Part shown: positions 58,194 through 64,000 of the stretch, piece by piece
Position numbering within the stretch: the first letter of the stretch is position 1
Layout of the letters: each line of letters begins with the position of its first letter
Assembly: GCA_964474045.1 (NCBI GenBank)
Contig: CAYYRC010000013.1
Location: 20,413 to 84,412 of the forward strand
Direction of reading: 5' to 3'
Source of the DNA: an uncultured Actinomycetes bacterium
GTDB lineage: Bacteria; Actinomycetota; Actinomycetes; S36-B12; UBA10799
Length of the DNA: 64,000 nt
Translations under genes and position numbers: made by a program
The notes under the pieces: model-generated
The model's database searches: none
What the model saw: the letters and a program-made list of their open reading frames with translations, nothing else
What the model was told of the DNA's origin: nothing

Positions 58194-59486
58194 ATGGTCG
58201 AGGCGTGGCGGGCCCCAGTGGTATCCGGACCCCTGCACGGCGCCGTGCAGGTGCCCGGTTCGAAGTCGATCACCAACCGGGCCCTCGTCCTGGCCGCCCT
58301 CGCCGACGCGCCGACGCGCATCCTGGGTGCGCTGCTGGCCCGGGACACCCGGCTGATGGTGGCCGGGCTGCGCGAGCTCGGGGCGGACGTGCGCGCCGGG
58401 ACGGCTCCCACCGAGCTGCTGGTCGAGCCGGGCCCGGTGCTCGGGGGTGGCACGATCGACTGCGGCCTCGCCGGGACCGTCATGCGCTTCCTGCCGCCGG
58501 TGGCGGCGCTGGCGGCGGCGCCGGTCGGCTTCGACGGTGACGCCCATGCGCGGCTAAGGCCCCTGGGGCCCCTGGCCGGCGCCCTGCGCGCCCTCGGCGC
58601 CCAGGTGTCCGGCGACGCGCTCCCGATCACCGTCCGCGGCCCCGTCACAGGTCGCGCGGCAACCCTGGACGCCAGCGCCTCCAGCCAGTTCGTCTCCGGC
58701 CTGCTGCTGGTGGCACCGGCGCTGCCCGCCGGGCTCGACCTTCGACACCGCGGACCCGCTCTGCCGTCGCTGCCGCACGTCGACATGACGGTGGCCATGC
58801 TGCGCGAGCGGGGAGCCAGGGTCAGCGCCGAGACCGACGACCCGACCGACTGCCACTGGCAGGTGGCCCCGGGTCCGCTGGTCGGTGGCACGGTGGACAT
58901 CGAGCCCGACCTGTCCAACGCGGGGCCCTTCCTGGCGGCCGCGATGGCGACCGGCGGGACGGTGACGATTCCGGGTTGGCCGACCGACACCACCCAGGCC
59001 GGGGACCGACTGCGCGGGATCTTCGCGCAGATGGGGGCCGTCAGCATCGAGCGGACGCCCGCAGGACTGACCCTGTCCGGACCGGCGGACCCGGCATCGC
59101 TGCGGGGGCTGACCGCCGACCTGGGAGAGTGCGGCGAGTTGGTGCCGACGGTAGCCGCGGTGGCGGCCCTGGCATCCTCACCCAGCGAGCTCACCGGGAT
59201 CGCGCACCTGCGCGGGCATGAGACCGACCGGATAGCGGCCCTGGCCGCCGAGCTTCGACGCCTGGGCGCGGGGGTGGTGGAGCTGCCGGACGGCCTGCGG
59301 ATCATCCCCGGCCCGCTGACCGGCGCCACCGTGGAGTGCTACGCCGACCATCGGATGGCCACGTTTGGCGCGATCGTCGGGCTGCGCGTACCCGGCGTCA
59401 GCCTGAGCGACGTCGGCGCGACGTCGAAGACCCTGCCGGACTTCCCCCTGCTGTGGCAGTCGCTGGTCGCGACGGCGAACGCATGA
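58194..59486 (+). CDS. aroA: 3-phosphoshikimate 1-carboxyvinyltransferase (EPSP synthase)
   Basis: 430-aa ORF: VPGSKSITNRAL, LGADV, DHRMAT. Confidence 0.95.
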   Translation: MVEAWRAPVVSGPLHGAVQVPGSKSITNRALVLAALADAPTRILGALLARDTRLMVAGLRELGADVRAGTAPTELLVEPGPVLGGGTIDCGLAGTVMRFLPPVAALAAAPVGFDGDAHARLRPLGPLAGALRALGAQVSGDALPITVRGPVTGRAATLDASASSQFVSGLLLVAPALPAGLDLRHRGPALPSLPHVDMTVAMLRERGARVSAETDDPTDCHWQVAPGPLVGGTVDIEPDLSNAGPFLAAAMATGGTVTIPGWPTDTTQAGDRLRGIFAQMGAVSIERTPAGLTLSGPADPASLRGLTADLGECGELVPTVAAVAALASSPSELTGIAHLRGHETDRIAALAAELRRLGAGVVELPDGLRIIPGPLTGATVECYADHRMATFGAIVGLRVPGVSLSDVGATSKTLPDFPLLWQSLVATANA

Positions 59487-59496
59487 GGCCGCCGCA

Positions 59497-60501
59497 GTGA
59501 CGCGCCGGCGGGTCGCCGACAGCTACGACGAGGATGACGTCCGGGTTCGCCCCGGCGGGCGCAACCGTCCGCGCTCAAAGACCCGGCCCGCGCACTCCGG
59601 GGCCGCCGACGCGGTGGTGCTGACGGTCGATCGCGGTCGGTTTCGGTGCGAGGTCACCGATGCCGAGCCGCCGGTTGCCGTGAGCGCCATGAGGGCCCGG
59701 GAGCTGGGCCGCACCAGGATCGTGGTGGGCGACCGCGTCCGACTGTCCGGGGATGTGTCCGGGACGGACGGGACGCTGGCGCGGATCGTCGCCATCGCCG
59801 AGCGCAGCAGCCTGCTCATGCGCTCCGCCGACGACGCCACCAACGCCGAGCGCCCGCTGGTGGCCAACGCGGACCAGCTGGGAATCGTCGTGGCCGCGGC
59901 GGATCCGACACCTCGGTCCGGTTTCGTGGATCGCTGCCTGGTCGCTGCCTACGACGCAGGGATCGAGCCGCTGTTGATCGTGACCAAGACCGACCTGGCC
60001 GATCCGGCCGCGTTTCTGGCCGGCTACGAGGCGCTGGAGGTGCGCACCGTGGGGCTGCGCCCGGGCATGGCCGAAGAGGCCCTGGAGCCGCTGCTGCGGG
60101 GGCGCACGACGGTCTTGGTGGGACATTCCGGGGTTGGCAAGTCCACGTTGGTGAACGCGTTGGTGCCGGATGCCGACCGGGCCATCGGTCGCGTCAACGA
60201 CGTCACCGGCCGAGGACGGCACACCTCGACTTCTGCGATCATGCTGGACCTGCCAACCGGCGGCAGGATCGTGGACACGCCGGGCGTGCGCAGCTTCGGT
60301 TTGGCGCACGTGCAGCCCGACACGGTCGTGGGCGCGTTCGCGGACCTGGCCGGCGGGATCGACGGCTGTCCGCGCGGCTGTAGCCACGATGAGCCGGAGT
60401 GCGCGCTGGACGACTGGTGCGCCAGCGGCGCCGCGCCACCCGAGCGCTTGGCGTCGCTGCGGCGGATTCTGCGCTCCCGCGCCGAGGCGCCGGACTACTG
60501 A
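59497..60501 (+). CDS. rsgA: ribosome small-subunit-dependent GTPase A
   Basis: 334-aa ORF. Circularly permuted GTPase order: the NKxD-like G4 motif TKTDL precedes G1 (GHSGVGKSTL). DTPG and the C-terminal zinc knuckle CPRGCSHDEPEC are also present. Confidence 0.9.
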   Translation: MTRRRVADSYDEDDVRVRPGGRNRPRSKTRPAHSGAADAVVLTVDRGRFRCEVTDAEPPVAVSAMRARELGRTRIVVGDRVRLSGDVSGTDGTLARIVAIAERSSLLMRSADDATNAERPLVANADQLGIVVAAADPTPRSGFVDRCLVAAYDAGIEPLLIVTKTDLADPAAFLAGYEALEVRTVGLRPGMAEEALEPLLRGRTTVLVGHSGVGKSTLVNALVPDADRAIGRVNDVTGRGRHTSTSAIMLDLPTGGRIVDTPGVRSFGLAHVQPDTVVGAFADLAGGIDGCPRGCSHDEPECALDDWCASGAAPPERLASLRRILRSRAEAPDY

Positions 60502-60525
60502 CGCATCAACCGAATCGGAGAACAG

Positions 60526-61341
60526 ATGATGACGCTGCCCGGGCTCACCCCCGATCTGATGCTGGCCCTGGAGCTCGCGGATGAGGCCGACCGGATCACC
60601 ATGTCGACCTACCTGGACGCCGAGCTACGGGTGGCGACCAAGCCGGATCGCACCCCCGTGACCGAGGCCGACCAGGGCGTGGAACGGGCGTTGCGCACGC
60701 TGTTGGCCACACGGCGTCCCGACGACGCTCAACTCGGCGAGGAGTACGGCGCCCTGGGCCACTCAGCAGACCGCTGCTGGATCATCGATCCGATCGACGG
60801 CACTGCCAACTTCCTGCGCGGGGTACCGGTCTGGGCCACGCTCATCGGCCTGGTCGTCGACGGCGCCGCCACCCTCGGCGTCGTGAGCGCCCCGGCGCTC
60901 GGGCGGCGCTGGTGGGCCGCGGACGGCCAGGCGCGCACGAGCGACGTGAACGGCCGCGTCCGCCGGCTCCGGACGTCGGCTGTCTCGGAGTGGTCGGACG
61001 CCTCATTGGCCTACTCGGACCCCATTGGCTGGGCGCCCGGCGCCCTGGGGCGGCTGGCCGACGGCGCCTGGCGCACGCGCGGCTACGGCGACTTCCTGTC
61101 GCACATGCTGGTGGCGGAGGGCGCGGTCGATGTGGCGGTCGAGCCCGACCTGGCGCCGTGGGACGTGGCGGCGCTGCTGCCCATCGTGGTGGCCGCCGGC
61201 GGCCGCGTCAGCGGCACGACCGGCGCCGACGTGATCGACTGGGCTGACGGGGCCGCGCCGCCGTCGGTGGCCGCCGGCCTCATCAGCAGCAACGCCCTGC
61301 TGCACGACGAGGCGGTCGCCCGCTACGCCGGTTCCCCCTGA
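60526..61341 (+). CDS. inositol monophosphatase family protein (probable histidinol-phosphatase HisN type)
   Basis: 271-aa ORF with IMPase motifs TEAD and WIIDPIDGTANF, and WDVAA. Confidence 0.8.
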   Translation: MMTLPGLTPDLMLALELADEADRITMSTYLDAELRVATKPDRTPVTEADQGVERALRTLLATRRPDDAQLGEEYGALGHSADRCWIIDPIDGTANFLRGVPVWATLIGLVVDGAATLGVVSAPALGRRWWAADGQARTSDVNGRVRRLRTSAVSEWSDASLAYSDPIGWAPGALGRLADGAWRTRGYGDFLSHMLVAEGAVDVAVEPDLAPWDVAALLPIVVAAGGRVSGTTGADVIDWADGAAPPSVAAGLISSNALLHDEAVARYAGSP

Positions 61342-62435
61342 CCCGCCCCGGTGCCCGTGGGGTCCAGGGCGGGCGGTGGTGGCCGGTTGGGCTGTCGGGG
61401 CGTCGTCTGCACCCAGAATCGCCCCACCGAGTAGACCACCGAGACCAGCGGCACGGCCACGACCGCCCCGACGATGCCCGCCAGCACGGTACCTGCGGCA
61501 ACGCTGAGCGCGACGGCCAGCGGGTGGATGCTCACGGCTTTCGCCATCACCAGGGGCTGCAGCACATGGCCCTCGAACTGGCCGATCAGCGCGATCATCA
61601 CGACCACCCCCAGGGCGACCAGCGGACCCTGCGCCGCCAGGGCGACCACGGCTGCCACGATCATCGCGATGGGAGCACCGATGATGGGGATGAAGGACCC
61701 GAAGAACACCAGCAGCGCCAGCGGGACCGACAGCGGCACCCGCAGCACCGTGAGCCCGATGGCCACGAGGACCGCGTTGGTCCCCGCCACCACCACGATG
61801 CCCCGGGTGTAGCCGGCGAACGTGGTCCAGGCGACGTGACCAGCGCCGTCGACCCGCGGTCGCTGGCGCTTGGACACCAGCGAGAGCAACCAGCCCCAGA
61901 TCCGCTCGCCGCCGGCGAGGAAGAAGATCGAGGTGAAGAGCGCGAGGAACAGCGCCGTGACCCCTTCGGCCACCCGGCCGGCACCGCCGATCGCACTCTC
62001 GGCGAGTTTGCTCTGGTTCTCGGCGATCCAGGTTCGGGCCTCTTGGCTGAGCTGCTCGATCCGAGCGGCGTCCCAATGCAGCGGGCCGTCCTGCAGCCAG
62101 TTCTCGATCTGCGCGATGCCCTCGCGGAACTGCCCGCCCAGGGTGGGGACCTGGTTGGCGACCTCGGCCCCGATGAAGGTGAACACCAGCAGCAGCACGA
62201 TGATCGACATGGCCAGCCCCAGGGCAACCGCCAACCCGCGCGGCATGATCCGCTGCAGCAGCCGTACCAGCGGCCCCACCAGGGCAGTGATGACGAGCCC
62301 GATGAAGATGGCGATCGCCACGAGCTCGAGGCGCACCAGCAGCACGAGCACCGCGTAGATCAGCGCACCGACGACCAACAGCCGCCAGGAGTACGCCGCG
62401 GCTACGCGCAGACCGCGCGGGACATCGTCATGCAC
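61323..62435 (-). CDS. AI-2E family transporter (PerM/UPF0118)
   Basis: 370-aa ORF with about 8 TM helices and the conserved segment FGSFIPIIGAPIAMIVAAVVAL. Its 3-prime end overlaps the convergent IMPase gene by 19 nt. Confidence 0.85.
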   Translation of the reverse strand: MHDDVPRGLRVAAAYSWRLLVVGALIYAVLVLLVRLELVAIAIFIGLVITALVGPLVRLLQRIMPRGLAVALGLAMSIIVLLLVFTFIGAEVANQVPTLGGQFREGIAQIENWLQDGPLHWDAARIEQLSQEARTWIAENQSKLAESAIGGAGRVAEGVTALFLALFTSIFFLAGGERIWGWLLSLVSKRQRPRVDGAGHVAWTTFAGYTRGIVVVAGTNAVLVAIGLTVLRVPLSVPLALLVFFGSFIPIIGAPIAMIVAAVVALAAQGPLVALGVVVMIALIGQFEGHVLQPLVMAKAVSIHPLAVALSVAAGTVLAGIVGAVVAVPLVSVVYSVGRFWVQTTPRQPNRPPPPALDPTGTGAGQGEPA

Positions 62436-62456
62436 CCCGACATCCTCCCACGGCCG

Positions 62457-63884
62457 CTACGTCGGGCGCGTGCCGTCGCTGCGATCCAGGCCCTCCCGCC
62501 GGTGCAACCGCATCAGCAGGTCGGGCTTCGGCTTGAGCATCACCATCGGGTCGCGTCCCACCGGTCGGCCGGGAACCGGATCCAGCCGGAACTCCCGGGC
62601 CAGCGCAGCGAGCACCACGGCGCCCTCGGTGCGCGCCATCTCGCGCCCGATGCACAGCCGCGGGCCGGTGCCGAAGGGGATGTAGCCGCCGTTGACCGTC
62701 GACGGCGGATGCGCCAGGAAGCGAGCGGGATCGAAACGCTCGGGATCAGCCCCGCCGGGCCAGGTGGCCCAGTCCTCGGGAATTGCGGCGGGGTGGCGGT
62801 GGACCAGGTAGGGGCTGATGAGCACGAGCGCCCCGGCCGGGATGACGTGGCCGCCGACGACATCGTCCGTCAGCGCCTTGCGGGTGATGAGCCAGCCGGG
62901 CGGATAGAGCCGCAGGGACTCGTCGAAGACGGCGCTCGCCCAGGTCAGGCGCGCCGCATTGCCGGGCTCCGCGGGCTTCGGTGACCCCGGCGGGTGCCAT
63001 TGCAGCGCCTCGGCCGCCAGGGCGTCGGCGACCGACGGCTGCTCCCCCAGCGCGAACCAGCACCAGGTGAGCGCGCTGGCCACGGTCTCGTGCCCGGCGA
63101 CGATGAACGTCACCACCTGGTCTCGGACCTCTCTGGTCGAGAGCGAGCCATCGGCGAGCAGCACGTCGAGCATGTCCGCGGGCCGTGCCCCCGCCGTCGG
63201 CGCCGACCGCCTGGTCGCGACCACCTGTGCGACCTGGCGGTCCAGCCGGGCGACGGCAGCCCGGAGCCGGCGGTTGCCAGGGGTCGGCACCGCCAGCGGC
63301 AGGGCGAGCGGGTTGCGGGTGCGCGCGACGACGGCTCGCAGCCCCTCCTGCGTGGCATCCACCAGGTCGCCGGCCTCCGCCTGCCAGTCCGAGCCGAAGA
63401 GCGACGCTCCGACGATCTCCAGTGCGCACGTCATCATGTCGTGCTCGACGTCGACGATTGCGCCCACCGGCAGCGCACGCCAACGGCTGGCCAGGCGGGC
63501 GGCGGCGACGGCGGTGTGCTCGCCCACGCGCGTCAGCGCCGCCGGCCGGAACGCGGGCTGGACGGCCTTGCGCTGACGGCGCCAGGGCTCGGTGTCGGCT
63601 GCGAGCAGGCCATGGCCGGTGACGAGCGCCAGGTTGCGGTACTGGATCGTGTCCTTGCCGTACCCCCGATGGTTGACCTGCAGGACATGGCGGACGTCGT
63701 CGGGATGGGTCACCAGGTAGGTCGGCGGGGTCGGGATGGGGAACTGCACGACGTCCCCGTGCTCGCGCCATGCCAGCTCCAGAAAGCCCAGCGCGTCCGC
63801 GCGGATCTGCCCGAAGGCCCGCAGCATGTCGCCGCCGGACGGTCCCGGGGCAGTCACCGGGGTCCAGCCGTGCCGATCGCCCAC
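62457..63884 (-). CDS. cytochrome P450
   Basis: 475-aa ORF with the heme-thiolate loop FGTGPRLCIGREMA, I-helix AGHETV and K-helix ESLR. Confidence 0.9.
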   Translation of the reverse strand: MGDRHGWTPVTAPGPSGGDMLRAFGQIRADALGFLELAWREHGDVVQFPIPTPPTYLVTHPDDVRHVLQVNHRGYGKDTIQYRNLALVTGHGLLAADTEPWRRQRKAVQPAFRPAALTRVGEHTAVAAARLASRWRALPVGAIVDVEHDMMTCALEIVGASLFGSDWQAEAGDLVDATQEGLRAVVARTRNPLALPLAVPTPGNRRLRAAVARLDRQVAQVVATRRSAPTAGARPADMLDVLLADGSLSTREVRDQVVTFIVAGHETVASALTWCWFALGEQPSVADALAAEALQWHPPGSPKPAEPGNAARLTWASAVFDESLRLYPPGWLITRKALTDDVVGGHVIPAGALVLISPYLVHRHPAAIPEDWATWPGGADPERFDPARFLAHPPSTVNGGYIPFGTGPRLCIGREMARTEGAVVLAALAREFRLDPVPGRPVGRDPMVMLKPKPDLLMRLHRREGLDRSDGTRPT

Positions 63885-63887
63885 CGT

Positions 63888-64000
63888 CTAGCCGCCCTGC
63901 CTGATCTGCACGTCGGTGCGCGACTCGGGCGACAGCGTGATGACGACCTCCGTGCCGCTGTCCCGCGGGGTGCCGGCCGGCGGCGTGGTGGCGACTACGT
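63888..64000 (-). CDS. 3-prime end of an unidentified gene (continues past the right edge)
   Basis: My translation of the minus strand ends ...GTEVVITLSPESRTDVQIRQGG then a stop (TAG at 63890..63888). That is 3 nt before the P450 GTG start. GC3 is high but the fragment is too short to classify. Confidence 0.35.
   Translation of the reverse strand, partial: VVATTPPAGTPRDSGTEVVITLSPESRTDVQIRQGG

Overview
This is a high-GC (about 70 percent by eye) Actinomycetota chromosomal segment and it is very gene-dense. I support about 61 protein-coding genes, one tRNA (Arg, anticodon CCG), two clear terminator hairpins and one recognisable ECF-type promoter. The content is core and housekeeping:
- hom-lysA-argS
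- an LCP/VanZ envelope cluster
- galT-galK, divergent from an MFS permease plus a GH1 glycosidase
- a MarR-MFS operon
- pta-ackA
- lysX (MprF-LysRS fusion)
- acetoacetyl-CoA synthetase
- a sugar porter
- kgd/odhA
- malic enzyme
- an anti-sigma/SigF-like pair
- whiB1-pdtaS
- bioA-bioF-bioD-bioB
- a ThDP enzyme
- a PilT-like ATPase
- a TB7.3-like biotin carrier facing a stand-alone biotin carboxylase
- the micro-ORF for ribosomal protein bL37
- rshA-sigH
- an SRAP peptidase
- aroA-rsgA
- an IMPase-family phosphatase
- an AI-2E permease
- a P450
The order whiB1-pdtaS ... BCCP-rshA-sigH-SRAP-aroA-rsgA parallels the M. tuberculosis Rv3219-Rv3228 region, as I remember it. I see no transposase, integrase, phage, CRISPR, rRNA or recognisable defence genes. 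There is no compositional island apart from short AT-rich promoter patches. Most long entries in the ORF track are antisense or off-frame artefacts of GC-rich DNA. I found no clear novel system. The best unexplained candidates are:
1. A Cys/His-rich 68-aa micro-protein directly upstream of an orphan PilT-like ATPase, with no pilus genes in the window.
2. A translationally coupled MarR-MFS-ParB/sulfiredoxin-fold operon.
3. A biotin-centred neighbourhood with a split, convergent biotin carboxylase and carrier, plus an unannotated hydrophobic micro-ORF after bioB.
4. Repeat-bearing envelope proteins: PYGQ repeats in one, and 33-nt tandem repeats in another.
All family assignments come from motif recognition by eye, not from database searches. 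Several start codons are my own reassignments and are uncertain.
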